Shown here: piece after piece, positions 1 through 11,143 of the stretch
Layout: every line of letters begins with the position of its first letter
How positions within the stretch are numbered: the stretch's first letter is position 1
From: Mustelus asterias
Taxonomy: Eukaryota
Reading direction: 5' to 3'
NCBI RefSeq assembly: GCF_964213995.1
Contig: NC_135810.1
Location: 47,182,001 to 47,246,000 of the forward strand
Length of the DNA stretch: 64,000 bases
Translations under genes and position numbers: made by a program
The notes under the pieces: generated by a model
Databases searched by the model: none
Told to the model about the DNA's origin: nothing
Seen by the model: the letters and a program-made list of their open reading frames with translations, nothing else

Positions 1-894
1 AGCGACCGTGGGTCCTCTTTCATGAGTGACGAGCTGAGGCAGTACCTGCTCGCCAAAGGCGTTGCCTCCAGCCGCACCACTAGCTATAACCCCAGGGGCA
101 ATGGTCAAGTAGAGCGGGAGAACGCAACCGTCTGGAAGGCCGTTCTATTAGCGTTACGGTCTAGGGGCCTTCCAGTCAGCCGTTGGCAAGACGTCCTTCC
201 GGACGCATTACATTCCATTAGGTCACTCTTGTGCACAGCGACCAATACGACCCCTCACGAGCGGATGTTTTCATTTCCCAGGAAGTCCTCCTCGGGTACT
301 TCGCTCCCGGATTGGCTGATGTCCCCGGGACCCGTCCTGCTTCGGAAGCATGTCCGGACCCATAAGGCAGATCCCTTGGTCGAGGAGGTCCAATTGCTCC
401 ATGCTAATCCCCAATATGCTTATGTAGCGTACCCTGATGGGCGGGAGGACACGGTTTCTGTCCGTGACTTGGCACCCGCGGGTGCCCCGGAGGTCACCAC
501 GTCCTTCCGCCCCACGGTCCCTGGTGTCGTCCATTCGGAGACTGCTGCGCCTCTTCCTCCCTCAGTCCTTGTCCCCAATGTACTGCGCCCAGAGCCTGTT
601 GCAGCCCCCCACCCCCCAGCTCCAGTTCCCACTGTTCCCCATACGCCACCAGGGCCACTGCTCATTCCTCTCGCCCCTGTGTACAGCTCGCTTGAGTCGC
701 CGGAGCCGTCGCCACGCAGTACCCGACGACTGGACGGGACGACGGATCGGTCCGCTTCACACCACCCAGCGCCTTCTCTCGACGCTCACTGTACGGAGCC
801 TGGGCCGACATCGCTCCCGGCTCGGTCGACTCTGCGACCTGCACTACGACGATCGCGACGACGGATCAAGCCACCGGTTCGTCTGGACTTGTGA
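1..894 (+). CDS. Ty3/Gypsy pol, integrase C-terminal part (runs off left edge of window)
   Basis: Uninterrupted frame beginning SDRGSSF, then TTSYNPRGNGQVER (rve catalytic D..E region), W..VLPDALHSIR, TNTTPHERMF and a Pro-rich tail. It is followed by a PPT and an LTR. Confidence 0.92.
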   Translation, partial: SDRGSSFMSDELRQYLLAKGVASSRTTSYNPRGNGQVERENATVWKAVLLALRSRGLPVSRWQDVLPDALHSIRSLLCTATNTTPHERMFSFPRKSSSGTSLPDWLMSPGPVLLRKHVRTHKADPLVEEVQLLHANPQYAYVAYPDGREDTVSVRDLAPAGAPEVTTSFRPTVPGVVHSETAAPLPPSVLVPNVLRPEPVAAPHPPAPVPTVPHTPPGPLLIPLAPVYSSLESPEPSPRSTRRLDGTTDRSASHHPAPSLDAHCTEPGPTSLPARSTLRPALRRSRRRIKPPVRLDL

Positions 895-943
895 TATTGT
901 TTCCGCTTCACCCCCGTGTTGTTTTTTAAAAGGAAGGGGTGAA

Positions 944-1188
944 TGTGGTGGACCTCAGTTGTGCCTTTGTCCTATATGGACCACCGTTGTGTGTGTTTGT
1001 CATACCTGGACACATCCCCTTCCAGTTTGGTTCCTCCCCTCAGCACCTAGTATAAAGGTGGCTGTCTCCTCCCCCTTGTTCAGTCCAGGTCTGTTAATTG
1101 TTGGGATCTGCTCCTGATTCTGTTGTGAATAAAAGCCTACACTTATATTGGCATATCGGTAGTCTTTCGCCTTATTGATAGCGCATCA
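944..1188 (+). mobile_element. 3' LTR of the Gypsy element
   Basis: Polypurine tract AAAAGGAAGGGG at about 928-939, then TGTGG...GCATCA termini, TATAAA at 1051 and AATAAA at about 1128. Confidence 0.85.
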
Positions 1189-1436
1189 ACTTTGTTGCTC
1201 CGATATCGAATCCCACAGTATATTAAACTATTATTTAAAACTCAGAGCCAACAGGTGTAAACTCCTTATTGGACAAATAACTGCTTTCAGGAAATTGTTT
1301 ATTGTGCATGCATTGTTACTAACAAGGAGGATAGGGTAAACTCCGTAGGTTTGTATTAAAATCCGGAGGGATTGGGACTGGAACAGCCCAAAGCCGGACC
1401 CGCAGTCCGATCAACTCCCTTGTTGTTGAATGTAGA

Positions 1437-3212
1437 ATGGCAGGAAACAGCACAGAGACAGAGAAGTGTCCCATATGGGAAACAAAAATCAGGGACTTTA
1501 TTAATAAGAAAGGGTGGCCCCTATGGGCAGAATCTTGTGCCAATACGGAGACGGGACCGGGATCCTAAGGGCAAAAGTATTGGGATGATCGAAGGAAAGT
1601 TCAGGGAAAACGGGCAGACAAAAGTGAGCAAGAAATTGCCATTGTGAGCTGCTTAGGACAGCTGCGAGGAACAGAAAAGGAATTAAACACAGTCCGTAAG
1701 GAACTGGAGGAATTGAAGCGGGCACAGGAGGAAAAGGAGGAGGAGATTAAGAAACTAAAGGAACAGCAGCAGGAGAGAATATAACAAATAAGAACCGAAA
1801 AGGACAGAGAGGTAGATGAATTAAAGAGAACCAACCAGGCAAATTTATTACATCTGGGCAATTTTCAAACCCAGTATGAGAGAGCCTACCAAGATGCCCA
1901 GCACTCTGTCTTGGCAAAAGGTGAAGCCGAGCAGGCAGTAGCACGATTGGAAGCTAAGTGCACTGATCTGCAGGCGGCATTAAAAGTGCTACATCAAGCC
2001 AGTAAAGAACAGAGACAGGCAACCGCTGACCACTCCAAACGCCAGCGAGAAATTTCACGGCTGGAATCCCTATTATCAGTTCAAAACGGATTTATGTGAA
2101 CCTTCAGGACAGTAGAGGAAGAGGGGATAGAGAATGCGGATTGGGGAGAGTTAAAGGAGAATGCTAGACTTTATGTTACGCAAACCGAGGATTGGGGTCC
2201 ACCACCATCTTTCCCAGGGGAAGTCATACCCACTGTGTCCTCAGATTCACCCCCAGTACCGATGCACCCAGTGATGACTGAACATCGGGTAGGAGAGTCT
2301 CAGGCCCCAGCTGTTACATATACAACCCCGTTTACGGTGGCACAATTGGTTGAAATCACAAATAAAATCACAACTTTTGAGCCTTCGGCTGATCCACAAA
2401 GTTTCTTTGAGGATGTTAGGCAGCAGAAGATAATGCATGGGCTAGATGAAAGGGAAGAGGTGATGCTGATAGTCATGTGCTTCAGCAAGTCTGTACGGTC
2501 TGCCCTGCCAACCCCTCAAAATGTTGGGGAAGGAACCTTAAACGAAATTAAGGAAGCAATATTAACCGTGGTAGGGTTTAATAAAGGGGATCCTGTAGAT
2601 GGGTTAAATAAATGTAGACAGAGGAAAGGGGAACATCCGACTGCCTTTGCCGGTCGTTTATGGATCCACTTCACAGGAGTGTATGGGGAATTAGATCGGG
2701 CTAGATTGAATGAAGCCGATTCATCCAAATGGACTCGGACATTAGTCTCGCACACCACAGAGGAAGGCAAGAAAGCTTGCGGTAATTTTGACCCCGCAGA
2801 GACCACACATAATGAAGCATGGGTTCTCCGACGGTTAGCTCGAGGCTGGGAACGGGAAGCTTAGGGAGCCCCAATGTCACGATCAGAAAGGGAGGCGAGA
2901 ATGCTTCCGATGAGGGCTCGCCAGGGTCTAGTATGGAGAAACGAGGGTACAGGGGATCCCCAATACCAGAGAGGTACAGCTCCACCCACATGGATAAGGG
3001 ACCAGACACAGAGATTAATTAGACTGGGACACGAGGATGAAGGACCCCTGAACCCTGATTCAAACACAGACCCCAGAGTGCAGTCCAACAAACAGACACG
3101 GGTGTGGAAACCAGGTGAGGAGATAATGATGGAGCCCCATGAGACAAATGATTCAGAAGATGAGTCTCTGTTGGGCAATTGGTTAACGAAAATGTTGAAT
3201 GAAGGAATCTAA
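1437..3212 (+). pseudogene. gag: Decayed gag of an ERV-like element: N-terminal coiled coil plus capsid domain
   Basis: ATG at 1437 and the ORF-track pieces starting at 1911, 2235 and 2874 all share one frame, broken by stops at about 1566, 1782, 2097 and 2862. It contains a long E/K/Q heptad region (ELNTVRKELEELKRAQEEKEEEIKKLKE) and capsid-like motifs ITTFEPSADPQSFFEDV and MHR-like CRQRKGEHPTAFAGRLW. Confidence 0.75.
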
Positions 3213-3400
3213 GGTGCTCCAAATGATGAAATTCAGCCTACAGTACAGACCAATGCAAGGTACAAGAATCTCTGATGGAAGCACCCACTCACAAGCGGTT
3301 GTATACTGCTAGTACGATTAACCAGGTTACTTATATAATCCGACGCCAGCTCTTTCGCCATTTTTCTCTGGTTAAGATAACATTACGCCAGCTATACAAA

Positions 3401-3490
3401 TCTTTGAGGCAGCTGTGTTAAATTTTAAAATTATTGAGGCAGCTGTGCTAAATTTTAAATTCTTCAAGGCGACTGGGCTACATTTTCAAC
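3401..3490. repeat. Three copies of a 30-bp tandem repeat inside the ERV-like element
   Basis: tctttgaggcagctgtgttaaattttaaaa / ttattgaggcagctgtgctaaattttaaat / tcttcaaggcgactgggctacattttcaac. Confidence 0.85.
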
Positions 3491-3627
3491 AGGAAATGAA
3501 ACAAACAAAACTCTTACAGTGCGAAAGCCTGGTACAATACCCAGCTCCTTCGCGTTCCAAGTGACACTGAGAATTTTATTTCCAATGTTCTAATGACAGA
3601 AGGGCCATCTCTTTACCCCTAATGTTA

Positions 3628-4764
3628 AACAAAGTCCCACATGGCAGGTTGGTTAAGAAGGTTAAGGCTCATGGGATACAAGGAGAAGTGGCTAGATGGG
3701 TGCAGAACTGGCTTGGCCATAGGAGACAGAGGGTAGCGGTCGAAGGGTCTTTTTCCGGCTGGAGGTCTGTGACCAGTGGTGTTCCACAGGGCTCTGTACT
3801 GGGACCTCTGCTATTTGTGATATATATAAATGATTTGGAAGAAGGTGTAACTGGTGTAATCAGCAAGTTTGCGGATGACACGAAGATGGCTGGACTTGCG
3901 GATAGCGAAGAGCATTGTCGGGCAATACAGCAGGATATAGATAGGCTGGAAAATTGGGCGGAGAGGTGGCAGATGGAGGTTAATCCGGATAAATGCGAAC
4001 TGATGCATTTTGGAAGAAATAATGTAGGGAGGAGTCATACAATAAATGGCAGAGTCATCAGGAGTATAGAAACACAGAGGGACCTAGGTGTGCAAGTCCA
4101 CAAATCCTTGAAGGTGGCATCACAGGTGGAGAAGGTGGTGAAGAAGGCATATGGTATGCTTGCCTTTATAGGACGGGGTATAGAGTATAAAAGCTGGAGT
4201 CTGATGATGCAGCTGTATAGAACGCTGGTTAGGCCACATTTAGAGTACTGCGTCCAGTTCTGGTCGCCGCACTACCAGAAGGACGTGGAGGCTTTGGGGA
4301 GAGTGCAGAGAAGGTTTACCAGGATGTTGCCTGGTTTGGAGGGTCTTAGCTATGAGGAGAGATTGGGTAAACTGGGGTTGTTCTCCCTGGTAGGACGGAG
4401 AATGAGGGGAGATCTTATAGAGGTGTACAAGATTATGAAGGGGATAGATAGGGTGAACGGTGGGAAGCTTTTTCCCAGATCAGAAGTGACGTTCACGAGG
4501 GGTCACGGGCTCAAGGTGAGAGGGGCGAAGTATAACTCAGATATTAGAGGGATGTTTTTTACACAGAGGGTGGTGGGGGCCTGGAATGCACTGCCAAGTA
4601 GGGTGGTGGAGGCAGGCACGCTGACATCGTTTAAGACTTACCTGGATAGTCACATGAGCAGCCTGGGAATGGAGGGATACAAACGATTGGTCTAGTTGGA
4701 CCAAGGAGCGGCACAGGCTTGGAGGGCCGAAGGGCCTGTTTCCTGTGCTGTACTGTTCTTTGTT
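3628..4764 (+). mobile_element. 5'-truncated CR1 (HER1-like) LINE with an intact RT C-terminal ORF
   Basis: GVPQGSVLGPLLF, KFADDTK, LVRPHLEYCVQFWSP and FFTQRVV..WN motifs, and a 3' tail ...ctgttctttgtt. A possible TGTTA duplication lies at 3623-3627 and 4761-4765. Confidence 0.95.
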
Positions 4765-5568
4765 AGAGGGACTATCCATGAGGATATTTGGATAGGGCAC
4801 GATAGCACTTTACCATACGCAGTGGAGAAAGAAGGGAGGCTCATAGGCACTACTTCGGACAGATGTCAGCAAACTGACGAAATAATCGCATGCCCATACC
4901 CAGTTTACTTAAATGAGCATGCATCATGTGGCTTCAGAACAAACACTAGCCTAAATTGCTCAGTAGAAGCTCGTAGCCTGGGCACAGACATAACTCGGGT
5001 GGCTTACAAGGAAGCAGGGAGATACTGTCTCACCACCTCCCTGAAACAGTATCAGTATGGCGCGACACATTGTAACATTACTAACACTACATTCTGCATC
5101 AAACCAGACATTCCAGCCAGGGTGGGCCTCATTCAACTCATAGACATCCATAAGAGGGAGAGGGTAGATTTGAACGCCACTGACGAGCTCCGACAGACTC
5201 TCGGGGAGTACCATGAGAAATATGACACAAACCTAAAACTCCTACCAGAGGAATTGAACCTGATTCGGGCAAAATTGGCTACAGCCCACAGAACCTTCAC
5301 CAAAGTAGCACAGCAGACCCAAGAGGTGAAAAGGAGAATTAAAGAAATTAAAGTCACCTGTTGGTGGGATGGCCTTTGGAACTGGGGCTCAAACATCCAA
5401 ATCCATCCACTTGTTCGCATAATGTCACACCTGGCGGTATTACTGATTTTGTTCACCCTGGTATACCTAATCATCCTCACAGTCCAATTCAGCCGATGGA
5501 AAAAGAGGATCACCCGGAGGCGGAACGTAGGGTCCGCCCTTGAACCATGGTCCCCTCTAATTCCGTAG
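4765..5568 (+). CDS. env: env-like fusion glycoprotein, C-terminal part (Cys-rich domain, heptad repeat, Trp-rich MPER, TM, basic tail)
   Basis: Stop-free frame with about 8 Cys, sequons NTS/NCS/NIT/NTT/NAT, a heptad repeat (LPEELNLIRAKL...EVKRRIKEI), WWDGLWNW, a hydrophobic segment (LAVLLILFTLVYLIILTV) and RWKKRITRRR. There is no ATG or signal peptide, so the N-terminus is missing. Confidence 0.75.
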   Translation, partial: RGTIHEDIWIGHDSTLPYAVEKEGRLIGTTSDRCQQTDEIIACPYPVYLNEHASCGFRTNTSLNCSVEARSLGTDITRVAYKEAGRYCLTTSLKQYQYGATHCNITNTTFCIKPDIPARVGLIQLIDIHKRERVDLNATDELRQTLGEYHEKYDTNLKLLPEELNLIRAKLATAHRTFTKVAQQTQEVKRRIKEIKVTCWWDGLWNWGSNIQIHPLVRIMSHLAVLLILFTLVYLIILTVQFSRWKKRITRRRNVGSALEPWSPLIP

Positions 5569-6373
5569 AGCAATGTTTACAGGAAGCCTGCCGTTTTGCG
5601 ATTTGTACCAATGAGCCATTGGAAATCCTACTACCAAATGTGCCTCAGATCTGCAAATACTTTATTCTAATCTTTGTTTGAATGTTGGTTTATAATTAGT
5701 TTATTGTAATAATGGCGTTTGGAATATCTGATTGTCTGTATTTGTGGGTAACTAGCTCATTGTAATAATGGGGTTTAGAATATGTGGTTGTTTGTATTTG
5801 TAGAGTGTTGTTGTCTGTAGCTTCTGGAATGTCAATATGTTGTAGGAATGTGTTATTACTGTGCATGCCAATGCCAGGGCCTTACTTGACTGAGTGACTG
5901 GGGAATTCCTGACAGATACTGGTCCTGAGTTTGTGATCCATCGCGCTTCGCATTCAGGATTGTAGCGGGATCTTTCTTTTTACTCCACTTGCGGGCCGGT
6001 ACTTGGGGGTCTGCCGATAGCTGTGAGTGTCTCTCTCCTACAAATTTCAAAGGATTGGGGAATGCCGCACTGGGGCAACTCTGCAGGAGAGAGCGCTGAA
6101 CCAGGCTCACCGTCTATACCTGACCGGTAGCCTGATCCTTATATCACACAGCCATCCCAAAACCGCCACCAAGGCCCGAGTGATTCTCTCCCTTGTCGGT
6201 GGGACAATAGCCACCCTGTACCCACACCACTCGAGTGGGTTCCCAAGAGAGAGAAACAGAGAGACTCTGATCCTTTATCTCCTAACCAGCAGTCTCCCTG
6301 GAGTGAGCGGGTTCGAATCGCTCAGATCACCCTCTGTTCTGGACTCTGGATTTATGGTAAGGGATATTGAAAC

Positions 6374-7605
6374 TGTGACCTCGCCAGAGTGCGTCGATGA
6401 GAGAACAAGAGGCAAGACGAACTCCAAAACGAGTTTCAAACTTACAGTGATTTATTTAACAATAGAATCAAACCTCTCCATGCCACACCACACATGAATA
6501 AAACTTTATGCTATCACTTTGGGAGAAATGTTAATGGACATAAGTAAAATCTTACTTTACACAGTTCTAACAAGATTACTGAACTTTAAAATTACAATAC
6601 ACCACCCTCCCCTTTCCTTCAACCTCTATCCTATCTTCGGGAACTTTCACAAGGTTGGCTGGGATACTCACAGTCCAAAAAGGGGTCCCTTTGTGGTGAG
6701 CTCGAACGTCTTAGTGCAGGGAGTTGCGATTCTGGAAGAGGAGTTTGGCCTTGCTTGTCTGTTTTCTTAATCTTGACTTCTGCCCATTCGAACAGCCACA
6801 CTCTCCAGCTAACTTTTCCAAAACAGCTTTCAAGCACCACAACTCTGGAAAAAAACTCTGCAGTACCTGTGAGACCTGAAGCCCTGAAGCACACTGAAAC
6901 ACTCGAAGCACAGAAGCACCCCTGCTGCCTTGAACCTGTATCTTTTAAGTCTTGACTTTTCAAAAGGGTCCGATCGACTCCGCCCCCGTAGATGCTTTCA
7001 AAGACAATGGGCTTTCGATCACCCGCAGTCTTGGTTTAAATTGAGTCAAGTCCAAACACAAAAGGCTGAAACTGCCTTGAATGATATTTTAATGTCCTTT
7101 TGATGTCCCTCTGTAGCTTCCTGAATGGTATCCCATTAGTGGGATGGGTCTTCTGGGGATGGGCCGATTTCCATTGCCATTGCCCCCCCGCTGATTTGTT
7201 TACTTATCCGTCTGCCTTTGTTCCAATGATTAGATCACAGGCGTGTCTGCCTTTCTACTTCCACTGGCCACTTGCATATTCAAGGCTGGCCCACACCTTT
7301 CCTTATCCCAGTCCGAGGCCGGCTATGTTTGTCCTGCCGAGCCTTCTGGGAAGCTTTCCATCAGGCAGCAGCCAGAGTTGGTCACTTTTAAACTGTCAAG
7401 ATTTCTTCTGAGTCCTTTAACGTATGGAGGGTTGCCCTGAAACTTACATGATCACTGTGGCCAAACGGGCCATCTAAGATGGTGATTTGTAAAGCACTCT
7501 GGGACAATTGGGCAAGAACTAAAACGACAGGCTGCAGCCTAACCCAGATGGGTGAATACACAGGATATGGGTCATCTCCAGGATAAAAGAGACTTTCTGG
7601 TCACA
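6374..7605 (-). mobile_element. Long (about 1.2 kb) LTR in antisense orientation; adjacent 5858-6373 is probably its internal leader
   Basis: Perfect inverted termini TGTGACC (6374) and GGTCACA (7599-7605), minus-strand AATAAA at 6451-6456 and a GC box near 6981. No TSD found. Confidence 0.6.
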
Positions 7606-7660
7606 CTGGGTTGTTTACCAGACATAAGGAAGCCTTAACCCCTTATTTAGGAGGGAGGTA

Positions 7661-8247
7661 TGTGACCTATGTGCCCCCAGCACCTGCAGACATGGCCATT
7701 GGGGACACACCCAGAGATTGGTGCGGCAGCACCCAATTGGACTTTATCGATCAGGGTGATCAAGTCCTGATCGACTGATTGGTAATGGCCAAAAGGGGCG
7801 TGAAACCCAACGGGGTATAAAGGGTGCTGCACAACCAAGAATCTCTCTCTCTCTCTGACCCCACGAACGAGCTACAACAGCAGTGACCATCGCCAGCGAC
7901 GAGGAGACTGGCGATGGAGGAGACCCACCACACCCAAGAAGGAAGGAAGACCAGAGCCAGAGTGCCAGACCAGACCAAAGGACCAGACTACACAGAGGAC
8001 AAATGAGACCAGCGCACAGATAAAGGCCAATATCTGCTTGGGTACTTGCCAGTCACACAAAGTTAAGTCAAGGTTTTGTATTGGACTTGAACTCTAGTAT
8101 TTTCTGTAAGATAACTTATTGTTGGTTGGGTGGGTGATTATTGATTGTGTGGGTTTAAATAAATATTGGTTGTACTAACAAGACGTCTAGTCGCAGTTAT
8201 TTGTCCACCGTATAAGGATTAAAACAGGCTGTGCGGCAGGCACAACA
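7661..8247 (+). mobile_element. 3' LTR of the gag/env ERV-like provirus
   Basis: PPT AGGAGGGAGG at 7649-7658, then TGTG...CAACA termini, TATAAA at about 7815 and AATAAA at about 8158. Same orientation as gag and env. Confidence 0.75.
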
Positions 8248-8269
8248 CCACAGTGAGCTACAGCGCTGC

Positions 8270-8860
8270 TCTGGAGGGGAAGGGTGAGCAGGACTCCTTG
8301 AGGATGCCTCCCACACCGAGCTCCAGTGCTGCCTGGGGGGGAAGGGTGAGCAGGACTCCTTCATGGAGCCTCACCTAGAGAGCTCTGAGAAAATAGATGC
8401 ACTGCCCCCGAGCCCTCCAGCCCAGATATCACTGATCCATGGGACAGCACCTGAAGGCAGCAGGAAGAAGCCCACCGGGCATCTCCAGGGCCTGCCTGCA
8501 ACACCCCCTGCTAGCAGCATTTACCTCCTCACGCCAGTTTAAGGCTGCCACGCCAGGTTGAGACTTTTATATACCTACCCTGATTCGCACCAAAGTGACA
8601 TCATGCCAAAGAGTTTGGAGACGCAAACATGGGCGGAGATTGCCGTGTCGATCCTGATAATGGCATGCTGAGGTATGGAAAGTAATGCAAATCAGCAGCA
8701 GACCGGGTTTCTGCACGGTCCCGGCGGTGCCATTTTTTTCTGGGTGGGAGATGCCGCGGGTCGTAAACGCTCGCGGGGAACCCGCAAAATGGCGGACACG
8801 CGCATTTCCTGACCCGACCCGCCAGAAAATTTGTGGGTCGCGATGGGAGAATCACCTCCT
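8270..8860. mobile_element. GC-rich non-autonomous DNA transposon (Harbinger-like) remnant with an internal 2x repeat
   Basis: Duplicated gaagggtgagcaggactcctt (about 8279 and 8341). CpG-rich end ...gggagaatcacc resembles other MITE termini in this window. Confidence 0.4.
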
Positions 8861-9699
8861 TTAGTGTTTCTCTCCAGGTTACATTTCCTGAGTCCTTTCA
8901 CACAAAAAGATACCGCTCATTGTATAAGCATATGCTGAAGATCTGGGGTAGAGCTTTCCTGGTATGCACATCTTCATAGCATGTGAGGTACTTTTCAATG
9001 AACAAGGACTCCTAAAATCTGCCCTTCAAATGCGCTTTGTTAAGCCTTTCTTGTCCTTGCCTTTTGTAACAATTGTAGAGAATCTACCAGAGTACATTTA
9101 CACTCAATATTATTCTTGAATGGCAATTGCATTGAATTCATTCTGCTGCAAGTGAATCTTGACTGCTCCTCATCAAACTACTTCATTTCACCTTTGTCTC
9201 CTTGTGGTTTTCCAAATCAAAGCCATTTCAACAGTTTTCTGCATATTGTCAACATAATGATCTGAAAAAGCCCTTCAGTGTATGTTCACATCCACGTGTT
9301 TCAACCAGCAATGTCACACACAGTAACAGAAGTGCTCTCCAAATATTAGCCAGTTATATTCTAATGTTGTATTAGAAACATTCAGTGTTGCAGCATTACC
9401 CCTTGTAATACTACCCATAGAAATGATTACACAATTGGCTCCATCAACTCACAACACCTGAAGTCTCAAATCTGATTGTCTAAAGATGGCACTGACCATG
9501 CCCACAATGAAAGTCTGCCAATGTTTTTAGTTCAGTATTCCGCCATTTTGTATCCTCCCGAGCTGCTGGTGCAGAAACACCTACGCTGCGCCGCAAAACA
9601 CAAAGTGATGGGAACAGGTCCTCAAATTCGTGTTGAGCATCACTGGAACACAACAGCAGGCCAGGATCAGAAGTGACAGCATGTGAGCAAGGTGATGAA

Positions 9700-10140
9700 T
9701 TAAAATGGCAAGAAACAGGAAGAAACTTGCAGACTGGGTGATGGTGTTCTGCAAAGTAATCACCCAGTCTGCTGTTCCTCCAGTTTTAGAAGCGACTACA
9801 TTGTAAACAGTGAATCCAGTACACTAGAAGCACAAGTGCATTACTGTTTCACCTGGTCGGAGTATTTGGGGCCTTGGACAGTGAGGGGAGAGGAGGTAAA
9901 AGAGCAAGCTTCACACCTCCTGTAATTGCTTGGGGAGGGGCTGCGGGAAAGGAGCAAGGTGTTGGGAGTGATAGAGGAGTGGACCAGGGTGTCATGGAAG
10001 GAATGGTCCCTTCAGAATGGTGTCAGGTGAGGAATGGGTAAGATGTCCTTGGTAGCGGCATCATGCCGGAGGTGGTGGAAATAGCATAGAATGATCCTTT
10101 AAATGTGGAGGCTGGTGGGGTGGGAGGTGAGGACAAATTC
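9700..10140 (-). mobile_element. Degenerate Penelope-like GIY-YIG fragment
   Basis: Minus-strand translation LVYWIHCLQC...RLGDYFAEHH resembles the PLE endonuclease pattern (VYxIxC..C...RLxxRFxEH). Confidence 0.6.
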
Positions 10141-10888
10141 TCATGGGCCTTTCCTTGATAAAAGGGAAGGGAAATGACCACACATATTGCTGAATTTGGC
10201 GTCCAGTCATTTGAGACAATGACAGTTGAAGAAATATATCTTATCTCTGTTGTTTGTGTAATTTGCTTGCATGTTGGAAGGTTGGGGCGCTCCTTGAAAT
10301 TATGCCAAAAGCATTGGCATTTTAAGTCACTAGTTTTGCAAGCTTTTGCTTGGACTCTCAGTTCCCCATCTAAAAGGTGGATGACCTCCTTTTAACCTCT
10401 TTGCAGAAATGGGTTGCTCTGGGCATTGGCAGCAATACCCCGGCTCATCTTTCTGGGATACAAGGTTGTTTTGAATACATATCCAGCTATCCCACTGTTC
10501 TAAATGGTGAGCTGTGCTGGAAAAGTACTGACAGCTCACCAGTCACATTTTAAATGAGACCCAAGTATCAAAATTGTTGGGGTTTCTCACGGATGACATT
10601 TCAAATTCTCCACCCACCACTCATTGTGTGGAGTAACTGAAAATTGTTCCCTGTGTTTAAGGGTCTTTCACCTGCATTTATGTCTTCTCACTGTCCCAGG
10701 GATTAGCATACTTACCTTTTGAGCCAAAATGCTGTGGGGTTCGAGCTCCACGTCAGAAACCTGAGCACACTATCCAAGCTGACACTTCAGTGTGTGACTC
10801 CCTCAGTTTTGCAGTCAGTGGTGTCACCTTTCAGATGAAATGCTAAACCAAGGTTTTGCTTCTTCTCTCAGATGGATGCAAAAATATT

Positions 10889-11143
10889 GGGTGGGATTTT
10901 CCAACCCTTCCAGATCCCACCAAAGCTCCCACTTCCCTCCACAATCTCCCCCGGCGCGTTCCACGACAGTGGGAAGGGCGAGCCACACAAATTGCCATCG
11001 ACATTGGCAGGACTGGAAGATCTCACCAGCGGTCAATGGCAAGCCGCCTTTGCCACCAGAAAAACTATCACAGGGGTGCGGCTGGGGGTGGGGGGGGGGG
11101 GGGGGGGGGGGGGGGGGAGGGGGTGGATCTGAAAATCCAGCCC
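10889..11143. mobile_element. Short TIR MITE containing a poly-G run
   Basis: Inverted termini gggtgggattttc and gaaaatccagccc. Same style as the elements at 12573, 24043 and 51789. Confidence 0.65.

Noticed and set aside
437-1117. 226-aa overlapping ORF in the Gypsy 3' end
   Set aside because: Alternative frame of GC-rich integrase tail and LTR sequence, with no recognisable motif.
4696-4764. N-terminus of the 290-aa ORF
   Set aside because: These codons are CR1 3' UTR with a TTG start and are not part of env.
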